Assembly (NCBI GenBank): GCA_977018835.1
Contig: OZ361257.1
Location: forward strand, 5,270,001 to 5,334,000
DNA from: Minutocellus sp. GHC0000111
Lineage: Eukaryota
DNA length: 64,000 bases
Direction: 5' to 3'
Shown piece after piece: positions 10,697-21,599 of the stretch. A program made the translations under genes and the position numbers. Within the stretch, counting starts at the first letter, position 1. Each line of letters starts with the position of its first letter. The notes below the pieces were generated by a model. That model did not search any database, was not told the origin of the DNA, and saw only the letters and a list, made by a program, of their open reading frames with translations.

Positions 10697-11949
10697 TGAG
10701 CTTTGATTTACCTAGGCCTAGGTACGAGATTACGGCGCGAGGCTTCAACAGTTCAACAGCGCGCGCGCGCGCGGCTACAAAACCCGGAGTTTGGCGGCCA
10801 GCACTGGCGAACACGAATGCGCGCGGTGCTGGTGTGGTGGTTTAATTCAATCTATTTATCGTAATGAAAAGTTAGAACCAAATTCAATTCAACAGGTAGC
10901 CTCATTTGCATCAGTAAGAACGAATGTAAATAACACAAACCAAAAATCACAATTGTAAACACTGTAGGGCAAGATTGAGTGAGGGTGAGGGGCAAGGACC
11001 AGCATGTGTGTGTGTGGATCTACTTGAGGTCACCATCCCTCCAAGTAAGTGTTGGGATTGTTGGCCAGCACGAAGGCCCTTCGAAGGTAGCTGCCAGATT
11101 AAGTCTGGTTGATTGGCTCCTAGTTGTTCTTCTCGGTGCGGTCGTCGCTTCTGTGTCGTCCTCGATCGTTGCTGCATCATCACAGATGCTGACACCGGTC
11201 ACCTTTGCCGGCACCACACCTGTTTTCTAGCTTCGTTCGGGAACTCCTCCTAAGCAATCGGAGAAGCTCCACCTTCACCATGTTTTGGGTGAACAGCACT
11301 TTACATTTAGGTCAGTGTTCTCTTTCAGAGAGCAATTCGCCCTTTGTGTCACCGATCCTTCACTCTTTGTGGAACCAGACAACCACCACACACAGTTAGC
11401 CAATCAATCAACAGAGATTCCTTGCATCTGTCTGCTGCAGCAATGCCCATCGGCTGACAGAGACTAAGAGTCGTGAGTCGCGCGAGGTTTCTCTCTCTTT
11501 TTCTCAATTTTGCGAGAGCCGCCGCGACCAACACGGGCGGCGAACAGTTGTCCGAGGCATGCCACTTGTTGCCATCGTGTCACTGTTGTCATTGCCGCAA
11601 CTGGACTCCAAGCTCCGATCTCCGTCCGATCAAGCGCCCGAATCCGCAGCAGCATCTGAGGGCACCACCAAACGGCAAGTGGTGGACCAACAGCCCTCGG
11701 CACAATCAACGTGCGTCGGCCGCGCACGGTGCCAACACACTGTCGAACTGCCCGATTGATTTTCCGACCTCTCACATGCAACATTGTTGCCTGCCCCTTC
11801 TCACACACAGAGCGAGAAGGAGCGTGCGTGCCGATGAATCCTGACACTAACATTGATGCATGGCCAGGCCTCCAATTGCACTAGTTGAAACAGCGGGCAG
11901 ACCTGAGGAGCGAGAGTGATTGATCCAGCTTTTTTGACGAACGGAGCTG

Positions 11950-12250
11950 CTGCAGCAACTCCATTTTCGAGGAATGAGGCTTGGCCAATGCGCTTCAGGC
12001 TGTCGGTGTGGGAGTGTCCAATTGTTTTTAGCGGCTTCGAGTCACGATGATGATGACGTGCTCTACGTCACGTTGATGACATGCGCTCTGCCGCACAGCC
12101 AGCAGCCAAAGAGAAGACGAGGGCATCGGGTGAAGTCCATGCAGGACAATTTCTCAATCCAGCGTGCTCGACGAAGGTCCATGGTCTGGATGATGTCTTG
12201 AACCTGGCACATCTCTAGGACCGTGGCCAACCTGCTCTCTGATCTTTTGT
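11950..12250 (-). mobile_element. Degenerate RTE-type non-LTR retrotransposon fragment (RT C-terminal region)
   Basis: Minus-strand translation 'QVQDIIQTMDLRRARWIEKLSCMDFTRCPRLLFGCW...KPLKTIGHSHTDSLKRIG' resembles the RTE post-RT signature R-x-R-W...M...R-x-P-x-x-L...GRP; contains stops and frameshifts. Confidence 0.6.
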
Positions 12251-12781
12251 GGTGTGGCGGGATTTTTTGACAAATCGTCTTTCTGTCAGTGCGTCAAATT
12301 CTGCATTGCTAAGTCAAACCCATTTTCGGCTTAAGTAAAATCTACGTAAACGTTTACCAAATTGCGTGTTGTCATCTTGAGGGCAAGATCAACAGACACG
12401 TACACGTGTAGGGGAATCTGTTGCGCTGTTCTCTCAATCTACGTGCACAATCTAAACCGCGGCCTACAGACAAATTCAGGAGCGCTCGTACAGGCAGCAC
12501 ATGCGTATTCTCTGCTGGAATGACGTGCCGAGAATCCGTCACTACATGCACCAGAGCTTCCGCCAGTCTCGAAATGATTCTTATGTACCGCATCACAGAT
12601 CTACCGGTAGATGATCACACACTACGTAGCTAGATCTAGCCTCGCTGTAGTAGACTTCTACATGTACATGTTTACAGTAATAGGAGATCTAGTCCGACGG
12701 TACGGTGCGGTGTGGAACGACGAGATGATGATGCATGCCGGTATGCATGTAAAGGTGACACAAAGGCAATTCTGATCCAAC

Positions 12782-13813
12782 TTAGACAGTGGCAGAACCA
12801 TTGTCGGCAGCGGGGGCCGGAGTGGAAGCTGCGGCACCACCACCTGCCTGCTGGGCCATCATGGCGAATTGCTGCATGAAGGCGGGATTCTGCGCCATCC
12901 AGGCCTGTTGCATCTGCATCAGCGCTTGGGGATCCATTGACACCATCCCCCCCTGACCGGAAACAGAGGCACCGGTACTGCCATCGCCACCGGCGGCACT
13001 GAAGGTTTGGGCAGCTGCCCTCGCAGCGGCAGGTGGATAGCCCTGACTCTCGAAAGAGGCCTGCATGGCAGCAGCATTGGCCTGGGCGGCAGCTTGAGCC
13101 TGCATGAACTGGAAGCTTTGCTGGGCGGCCTGCGCGGCGGCCACAGCCTGTTGGGCTGCCTGAGTGTCAACTGGAGCCGCACCGGAGCCAGCCGATCCAT
13201 CGGCCCCGGTGGCACCAGCCTCGGCGGCAGAAGCGGCCCCATCAGCCTCGACCTCGACAGCACCGTCCGCCTTCGGCACTTCGCCGTTGGCCTCCATCTG
13301 GGCGATCTGCGTCTGGGCCTGGATTAGAAGACGCTGGAACTCCTCGTTCTGAGTCTTCAGGGTGGCATTGGCCCGGGAGAAGAAGATAACAGACCGCTGC
13401 AGTTCCTCGATCATGACCTTCTTGCGGCGACGAGACTCGCGAGCGGCCTTGCGGTTCTGCTCCAGGCGGGTCTCGCGGGCCTTGGGCATATCCCCGCGGT
13501 CTATGGGCTTGAGATCATCGTCGCCCTGGGTGATCGAAGCGGGGAGGGAGGGCATGCCAAGCGTGGCGGCGAATCCAGCGGCATTGGCAGGCATTGAGAG
13601 GGCGTGGGCCGCGGCAATACCAAGCTCCATAGCCCCGCCCTGATCGGGGATAAGGGTCGTGGTGGTCTTGTTGCGGCTGCCCTTGGGACGTCCACGGGGT
13701 TTCTTCGCCGGCGCCTCGTCGCTCTTCTTGGAACCAGCAGCACGCTTACGAACTGGGAGGGCAGCTTCCCCCTCGACAGGGTCCTCGTTGGACTTGCTCT
13801 TGGATTTGGGCAT
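12782..13813 (-). CDS. bZIP transcription factor with AT-hook-like motif and Q/A-rich tail
   Basis: 'RLEQNRKAARESRRRKK..IEELQ...ANATLK' basic region plus zipper; 'KPRGRPKG'. Confidence 0.9.
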   Translation of the reverse strand: MPKSKSKSNEDPVEGEAALPVRKRAAGSKKSDEAPAKKPRGRPKGSRNKTTTTLIPDQGGAMELGIAAAHALSMPANAAGFAATLGMPSLPASITQGDDDLKPIDRGDMPKARETRLEQNRKAARESRRRKKVMIEELQRSVIFFSRANATLKTQNEEFQRLLIQAQTQIAQMEANGEVPKADGAVEVEADGAASAAEAGATGADGSAGSGAAPVDTQAAQQAVAAAQAAQQSFQFMQAQAAAQANAAAMQASFESQGYPPAAARAAAQTFSAAGGDGSTGASVSGQGGMVSMDPQALMQMQQAWMAQNPAFMQQFAMMAQQAGGGAAASTPAPAADNGSATV

Positions 13814-14850
13814 GATTCACTGTACGTAGCGTTTATGCTTCGCAGTAATGGACAAGGGGCTGGAAATTCAAATTTCTTTGCTGAGGCAGGCAAGCGAGGC
13901 AGGCGACGGAGACAGGCAAAATGTAAGAAAAAATAATATTTCATGAGATTGATTTTTTGGGGGTGGAACAGGGGGCGAGGGACCCGATACGAAACGAAAA
14001 CGGCAAGGATGTATGTAGGAACCAATGTGAAGGCGTGTGAAGGATCGATCCAAACATGTCAAAAGCGCCGCAGCATTTTGTCATGGCGTTCTTCGGTCCG
14101 TTGAGACCCTCGAGGAGCTCCTTTTGAATTGCACACAGTACACAAAGAGACCCTTTTGTCCTTCTTGTTCACCGGTATCCTGCTGAGAGGAGACGGATGC
14201 TGCCACGAACAAAACAAACGGAACTTTTCTGACTTCAAACTCGCTCCTTGAGAGCATGTCCTTCAGCTCCCTCCGTCCCCGGGAATGCACGAAGTTCGTC
14301 GGACGCCGCGCGGAGCTTTTCTGCCGAGCAACCCCTCCACCGCCAATGCGCAGGAAAAATAGCAGCGCAATTCAAATCTCACCAGCACCGTCAGCATGAC
14401 ATGGCTGCACCGCTTTGCTTACCTCACGTTGATGCAAACTGTGCGTTGGTTCGGTTTCTTGCCGTCAGCGCGTGATGTGGCAAAAAATTAAGCTCCCGAC
14501 GGACGAAGACAGACGATATCTATCCGCTACGTACGCAGGCGTAGGCAGCAGCGCACGTAGATCTAGATCCTAGGCCTAGATCTAGCCACCAGCAGCAACC
14601 AACCAAGTCAAAGGCAAAGAGAAAGTGCTCGGTCGGTGCAGAGCGGCAGGTAGATCTACGGCAACACTGTCTAGCTAGCTACGTAGTAGATCTACCGGTA
14701 GATGTAGATCTATTAGGTCTAGATATGCACCAGAAGTCTATATCCTAGACTCTAGCTAGATCTACTAGAGATCTACGAACGTAGCTCCACTGTTGTACAC
14801 ACACGTACACGTGTACATGTGCATGTACGGTACTACGTAGTACATTAGCA

Positions 14851-15743
14851 CAGTCCGTTCTCACCTACATATACCGGTAAGCATATTCGTTTCAGACCAT
14901 TGGTCTCAATATGCTTATGGCTCAAAATAATTGATGGTCTGGGCTAAGCATATCCCTCGTGAAAAAATGTGTCAAAATACCCCGGGATTTCCGGGGTTCC
15001 CGAGGCTCATTCATTATACCCCGGGCATTCCGGGGTATAATCTATAAGCCGATTTTGGAGGATTGAGACCATCGTTTTGTTTCGCTCTTCTTTTGCGCAT
15101 CTGTCGTTCTCAAACGAAGACAAGGTGCACTGTGCCTTCAGACTGTCGGTTCCTCTCCTTGTTTGCATCAATACTTGGCTCTCAAAGCAGGGGATCGGGC
15201 AAGATGAGGCAAATCAGAATTTTCAAGGCGGTGTCACCTCGAGCCAGACAGCCGCCTAGCTACGTCGTAGCTTTGCCCGTGTTGCTAAACCCCTGGTATT
15301 CCCGGGGTTAAGGCTGATCAACAGCACTATTCTGCAATTCTCACACGAGGGATACCGGTATGCATATTCATTGATGACGTGGCAGTTGCTAAACTCTTTA
15401 CATGTACTGCCCAAATCGAAGAAACATCTGCATTTGAGTGCTTCGTTGACCCTTCCACAGAGATTGCAATGCACGACAGCCCCTTAGGAGAGCATATCCA
15501 CCCATAACTTCTTGGGATTCAACCTCCTCTGTTGCATCTGCCAATTTAAAATCAATTTTTCATGGCTCTGTTCCGGTCGGATGGATGGTTTCGGGGCTGG
15601 GTAGTGCAATGCCAAAGGGCTGAAACAGCGAAAAAAATAAGCATACATGTAAAAAATGTACTGCTCAAACAATTGGTCTGGATATGCTTAGGAACTAGCT
15701 AGGTCTTTGGTCTCATCATATGCTTATAGGTGAGAACGGACTG
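14851..15743. mobile_element. Tc1/mariner-type MITE (CAGT...ACTG) hosting a nested piggyBac-like MITE
   Basis: 17-bp perfect TIR cagtccgttctcaccta / taggtgagaacggactg, extended by taagcatat/atatgctta subterminal repeats; right flank TA, left flank CA (probably mutated TA). Confidence 0.8.
14954..15351. mobile_element. piggyBac-like MITE, second copy (398 bp)
   Basis: ATAT at 14950-14953; ends ccctcgtg...cacgaggg; right TSD reads ATA[CCGGTA]T. Confidence 0.85.
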
Positions 15744-15859
15744 TAGGAATCCTATATATATGTACATGTACGACGACGGGTCTACACATGTACTACATGT
15801 ACGAGCAATTCCAAGGTTGGTTACATGTGTACATGTGTAGCTCTAGATCTACATGAGCC

Positions 15860-16024
15860 GAGAATATGGTTACTACGAGCAGTTTAGAGGATTTAGAAGT
15901 GGACCTGAACGGCGCTATGAGTAATTATTTGTGGCTGGCTTTGCTTATCCTACTTTCTTCGCTTCTCATCTTCTGATTATGTCGATCCTATAAACGTCTA
16001 CGTAGAAAATTGTTATACATGTAC
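15860..16024 (+). repeat. Dispersed repeat family B, copy at ~42004-42168
   Basis: Near-identical 'cgagaatatggttactacgagcagtttagagg...ataaacgtctacgtagaaaat' in both places. Confidence 0.85.
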
Positions 16025-16202
16025 AGGAGCGGCCCTGAGTATCATTACGAATAAGAAAGACGAAGTTTTTGCGGTGAATTGCCTTGACTCTATTGATCTT
16101 GCCCTCAAGATGACAATTCGATAGGATTCCTAAACGTTTACGTAGATTCTATTTTTTATACATGTACCATAATGTCATGTGCTAGATCTTAAAAACGGCA
16201 CC

Positions 16203-18377
16203 TCACTGCAGGCCCGACCGACCGCTAACATCGGGCCACAGACCGCCCCATCGAGCCTTTCTTGCCGCAGCATACATGCCAGGTGCAACTCGAGAACTGA
16301 CCCTTCGGCTAACTTTGTGACGAATAATCCGTCCTTTCTTCTCTCCACTTCCACTGTGCTCATCACCTTCCCCATCCGTGGTGGCAGCACTATCAGCTCC
16401 TCCAGAGGCACCGGAACAATAATCCACCATGATCAACCCTCTTCGCTTGAGAGGGGCCCTTACAATACGTCCAAAGGTCGAGCGAGCGGTATCGCCCTTT
16501 ACAAGTTCAAGGCCAAGACTATCTGTATCAGAATTTAAAAACCGAGCCTCCAGGTCTGATGCACGCTGAACAAGATCCGCATGCTTCCGGAAATCACCAA
16601 CTTCCCGAACATGTTTCTTCTTTCTCATCCCAGCGTCCTCCAGGGATTCTTTCCCCGATACAATCGTGGCCGTAAGAAGATCTGCCACTTTCTCACCGTG
16701 GAATTTATTATTGATCTTATCCAAATCCGACTCCGAAGGAATTGCGCCGGCAATGCGCTTTTGAACAACGAGGTACGAGAACTTTTCTCGATTATCCCCT
16801 GGTATTACGTGCACAAAGCTACAGAAACCACGTTCAAATACATCTGTTTCAGACGTTACAGACGAGGCGCCCAGGGTTGAAAGAGGTTCGGCAGCATCCT
16901 TAAGATCAGAGTCATCATCATCTTTGTTGTCGTCCCAATCGGGATGTGTTTCTAATTGTATTTCAACATCGGCCTCCTCGACATCATCATCATCATCATC
17001 ATCATCGCCATCGTAGTCGTCAGCACCAAATTCTTCCTCCCAGCCACGTTTCGATGCCAAGTGGTTCCTTTGGTGGCGCTCCATAGGACATGAATCCGAA
17101 TGCGTACACGGAGCAATAATGTGCGCTTCCTCATCGCCTTCTTGTCGCCCCAGGCTACCTCCATTTTCGTCGTCCTCTTCATGAGCGTGGCGCTCATCAG
17201 GGGGACAGCAGTCCAAGAGCATATTCCTCACGGCCCGTATAGAGCTGAACCCATCAGGAGTTCCAGGTTCAATCATGACCAACACGCCATTTGGTGCAAG
17301 TTTTCCCCACAGGATCGCCGCCATAGCCATGCTGGATGCAACGTGCGGGAGCTCCGATGCCGTCCACGTGCAAAGTGCCAGATCGAAAGAGCCAGTTCCA
17401 CTGCCATTACTGACACTTACTCGCTGCTTCGGCTTGCGCCTTCCTCTGCCATCGAAAGATGACGATGATGAAGTAGAGTAGTTGGATCCATCGGAAATTG
17501 TCTCGGACAGGGTGATTCGAGTTCCGCTCGCCGATGATGCATTTCGTCGTCGTTGTTGCTGCTGCTTCACGCGATCCCCCCGTTTCTGCTTCACAAATCG
17601 ATCATCACGAAGGGCGCCTTCCTCTTCTTCCGTCCCGTCCCCATCAATCATTCCCTGCAATACTTCAACGCACCCATCTCTCATACTGCGACTGGGATCG
17701 ACGCAATGGATCCAATCCACATTGTCAACACCGAACAAATCTAATGCGGCGGCACTGGCACTCCCCACGCCGCATCCGGCATCGATAATGCGTTTGGGCG
17801 CAAATATGTTTTGGCCTAATAGTGATCTGGCCTCGCTCAGCACCCGCCGAGTCACGAAGAAGTTGGGCACCAAACGATATCTGAGGTTTGCCAACGTCTG
17901 TTCGGGTCCGTACGATATTGGTTTGGCCTGCGCATCCTCGGCAGCCCGACGCCTGCTCTCGAGAGAATCGGGACGGGCTCTACGATAACGAGCATTCACC
18001 AGATCTCTCCTCTCACGCTCTCTTCGCTCGGCCAGCGCATGGTGGGTCGACACGATGAGTTCGTTGGTCCGGCGGAGTTGCCGCCCAGATTTTGTGGAAC
18101 GCTTGATGAGATCAAATCGAATGTTCGAAAGCGAGAGCGGTGGGGGGTGGGGGCTCGATCGCCAGGTGGCACGGGCTGAATGCCGGAGCAGCTCGTGAAA
18201 TGGTGCTGGAGAATGAGCTGCTGATTGCTCCTCCGCACCAATCGCCGTACTTGTGCTGCCTGTGCTGGAGCTGGTCCTGCTGCGAATCGCCAGTAGCAGT
18301 GTGGCGGAGATGTGGCGCTGCCTGGACCCTGCATGCACTAGTGCTGCACATTGTGGTCGAAGGACGCCGAGCAACAT
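16203..18377 (-). CDS. RSM22: Mitochondrial small-subunit assembly methyltransferase-like protein (Rsm22/METTL17)
   Basis: 'IIDAGCGVGSA', 'LVMIEPGTPDGF', 'HIIAPCTHSDSCP', 'CSF', 'EKFSYLV', 'GRIVRAPLKR', 'ARKARWGGLWP'. Confidence 0.9.
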   Translation of the reverse strand: MLLGVLRPQCAALVHAGSRQRHISATLLLAIRSRTSSSTGSTSTAIGAEEQSAAHSPAPFHELLRHSARATWRSSPHPPPLSLSNIRFDLIKRSTKSGRQLRRTNELIVSTHHALAERRERERRDLVNARYRRARPDSLESRRRAAEDAQAKPISYGPEQTLANLRYRLVPNFFVTRRVLSEARSLLGQNIFAPKRIIDAGCGVGSASAAALDLFGVDNVDWIHCVDPSRSMRDGCVEVLQGMIDGDGTEEEEGALRDDRFVKQKRGDRVKQQQQRRRNASSASGTRITLSETISDGSNYSTSSSSSFDGRGRRKPKQRVSVSNGSGTGSFDLALCTWTASELPHVASSMAMAAILWGKLAPNGVLVMIEPGTPDGFSSIRAVRNMLLDCCPPDERHAHEEDDENGGSLGRQEGDEEAHIIAPCTHSDSCPMERHQRNHLASKRGWEEEFGADDYDGDDDDDDDDVEEADVEIQLETHPDWDDNKDDDDSDLKDAAEPLSTLGASSVTSETDVFERGFCSFVHVIPGDNREKFSYLVVQKRIAGAIPSESDLDKINNKFHGEKVADLLTATIVSGKESLEDAGMRKKKHVREVGDFRKHADLVQRASDLEARFLNSDTDSLGLELVKGDTARSTFGRIVRAPLKRRGLIMVDYCSGASGGADSAATTDGEGDEHSGSGEKKGRIIRHKVSRRVSSRVAPGMYAAARKARWGGLWPDVSGRSGLQ

Positions 18378-18484
18378 GGCTGTTTTGCAATTGGCCTTGC
18401 TCACTCTGCTGCACACGTAGCTAGCTAGCTAGGCCTAGCTATGTAGCTTCTACTAGCTAGCAAGTAGCTAGCTACTAGGCCAGG

Positions 18485-18606
18485 GGATTGGCGGTAGCTG
18501 CCAATAATATTGTCTGGCTGGCCGCTGCGCTGGCCTCATTCGATTGGATTGGCGGTAGCTGCCAATAATATTGTCTGGCTGGCCGCTGCGCTGGCCTCAT
18601 TCGATT
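18485..18606. repeat. Perfect 61-bp tandem duplication upstream of RSM22
   Basis: Units 18485-18545 and 18546-18606 are identical. Confidence 0.95.
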
Positions 18607-19029
18607 CCATAATTAGGCTACTCCTCTATCGAAAGAGTTGAGGCCATGTGTAGGGAAAATTCGGTTCAGGAGTGTTGACGTCTGGCCTTCCTTCATGCCA
18701 GTCAGTCATGCCAGTCAGGAGTGAGTGTTGCACAGCACCATCTGCCATGACTCGCATGCTTTTGGTCGCACTTTCGGTGGCCGGCCGGCGCGCGAAGCAA
18801 CCGACCGGCGCGCCCAACGCGAGCCACCATGGCGGCAAAAATTCAAATTGCCGCCGCTACGTGCAGAACGAAGGCGATATCTCGCGCTGGTGTGCGAGAG
18901 TCACGGCACGAGACCAACCAGGCACTCCCGAATCCTGGTGACATTCCCGTTGGTCTCGATCCACAACTCTCCATGAGCAAAAAAAACAACGGCCGCAATC
19001 CCGCGGTCAACACCGCAGAGACAGAGTTG

Positions 19030-20613
19030 CGGTGCAGGACGCCCTGGCTGAACTACTCGTCCGTCTTCGCAGAAAGGAACTTCATTGCTACAATTTCATC
19101 GGCAACAACGACTCCTTGATGAATGTGTTGGGATGCAGTCCCATCATGCACGGCGCCGTCATGTGCACTGCGGGCATCTTGGGTTTGAAGAAGAAGAAAC
19201 AACACGAAGACTGCGACATGTGTTTTTTGTGAGGACAGACAACCAGAATGGATGGGATGAAACATGGTGTCAAGACGCTGCCTTGCCGACGACGTTCAGC
19301 GAACCCCATGCAAAAAGAGCATGTTTGTTCGCCTCGGTTCTGTCAATCCTCGTGCAGCCGACGCTCTCCATGATGATGGATGGATGTGGCTTTCGACATG
19401 GTCACGGTCGAGCAACAATTTCGCCTCGAAATGCTGCCGCCGCGGCTCAACTTGACGAAGGCATGCAATGCATTCCTCAAGTCGGTCGCACCACATGCAT
19501 CGGTGGGACATGCGGCGATGGACTACGAAATCAACAGGCAGATGTTGCTCGAGGCCCAGAAGTTCCTTGGTGGGCACAATGGCCAGGACGATGGGTGGGA
19601 CAATGACGACGATGTTGGGACGGTGGGCACCCTGACCACGACGGAGGCCGGCGAGATCAGTGAGGACGATGACGACGAAGACGAGGACTATGTGCCCTGT
19701 TATGAGGACGAAGCTGATGTTGCAAGAGAGGACGCTGCACATGAAGCATGCATGCAGCAGCACTTTGAGAAGAATCGTCAGAAGCACGGTGATGGCGAGC
19801 CAGAGATGGGAGCTGTCGATGATGCCGAGGATGACGATGCCCCTCACTTCCATTTCCTGAAAAAGGCCGGCATTGAGGCGGCCGACTCAGGTAAAACAAG
19901 GGCAGTGCTGGCAGAATGCTGGAGAGCTTTGTCTGTTAATATTTCTGATGGCAACAACAAGAAGAAACCAAGGACAATAGAGTTCATCCACCATAACACC
20001 TCCACCAAAGGAACTCTCCTAGAGCACAATCGCGAGGAAGATGGCATGACGGATGACGACATCAAAGAGCTCTGCAAAGCTTGCTCTAATTTGCTCCACA
20101 CTCTTGACGCAACATGTTCCAGGTTTCTGAAATGGTGCATGAAATGGGATGATGAGGCAAAGAAGGCTGTGAGAGAGCTTGAAGCATTGATTGCAAGTGC
20201 CCTCAAGCAAGCACGGGCAATCGGCATTAGCATGACGCCCAAGTGGCACTTACTCGAAGATCACATCTTGGACCAACACATTTGGCTAGTGAAGAATGGA
20301 TGGGGCGGCATCCATTGGCTCGACGAATCGTTTGTAGAGCGAGCCCACCAAGAGGGCGTTAAGGAAGATCGTCGGACTCAGGGCGTCAAGGGATATGAGG
20401 CCCAACAGACGGCGCAGTTCAAGGCTGAGGAGAGGGCATCCAATCCAAAGGTCGAGGAGAGAGGCGGGAGCGAAACTCTCGGGTGGCAAGAACAAAAGGA
20501 AAAGGACAAGGACCGAAGCTGTTAAAGCAGAAACTGATGACAAGCGCCAACAAATGATCATGATGGCCACCGATGGAGATGAGGATGTAGAGATGGGAGC
20601 AGGGCATGTATAA
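19030..20613 (+). pseudogene. Degenerate DDE transposase-like sequence (RAG1/Transib/Chapaev-like C-terminus)
   Basis: 'SMTPKWHLLEDHILDQ...GGIHWLDESFVERAHQ' fits the T-x-K-x-H-x4-H...E-x3-E-x-x-H motif; frameshifted at both ends, central catalytic region apparently missing; termini not resolved. Confidence 0.55.
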
Positions 20614-21599
20614 AATTAGAAAATGAAATTACACTGCTGCTGCACAACATAACAAATGAATTGCATGATCCAACTTTTACAAACAGCATCGCGATTGAGC
20701 AAAAAAGTAAATAGTACACCCAAACAAACACATCACGTCCTTCTTAACTCACCCATTTATCTCCCAGACCAAAAAGTCCCTTTGTCGGGTTGATTGTTGC
20801 ATAAACTTATCCCAATGCTATCTGTCTCCTCTCGGTCGCAAAATTATCGTCGGTCGGAATTCCGGGAGAGGTCGAGTGGGGATGCGATCGGTCGGGATCA
20901 GCAAGAGTCGGTCATACGGGGGGTGCGGCGCAATCCCGGCAGTTTATCATCAACAACAACGTGGGAAAGTACCAGAGGGTCTGGGGCATCACAACGGGAG
21001 CACGACGAGCACAAAGACGGAGCAATGGTGCCACCCCAGAGAAACGAACGGCCGACAGATGGAGGAAAAGTAGGCCGATGGTTCGTGGCGTTGACACGCA
21101 GCGGAGGCCAATCTGAGGATACAGTAAGCTTCAACTATATCCAAACATGATAATGAATGCGTATTTGGTACGAAAATATAGTTATACGCCGGCGCAACGC
21201 CGACGGACCACCATGGTGTTGGACGGTCAAAGAATGGGTGACGAACGAGATTGGGTTTTGGTGGGTTTCTTCGTGACGTGTTCGTCTTCTGCCGACCGGC
21301 GAAACAAGACGAGATGGGGCTGTGGTTGACGTCTGGCCTTTCTTCATGCCGGTCAAGCATTCGCGGGGCTCGCGGGGGTACACGTCGACGCCGACGCCGA
21401 CGCCGACGTACTACTTAGCTACGTAGTCTGATAGTAGCTAGCTAGTACCCGTGACAGTCGTAGTCGTCTTCTCTGCCTCGACGACTCACTCGCCGCAGCG
21501 CGTTGGTGGCATCTACTACGCAGCGACTCCCCGCTACTTTTTGCATAGACTCTTGGCGCACAAGGAAACACAAACCAACTTACATCCAGCTCAGCCATC

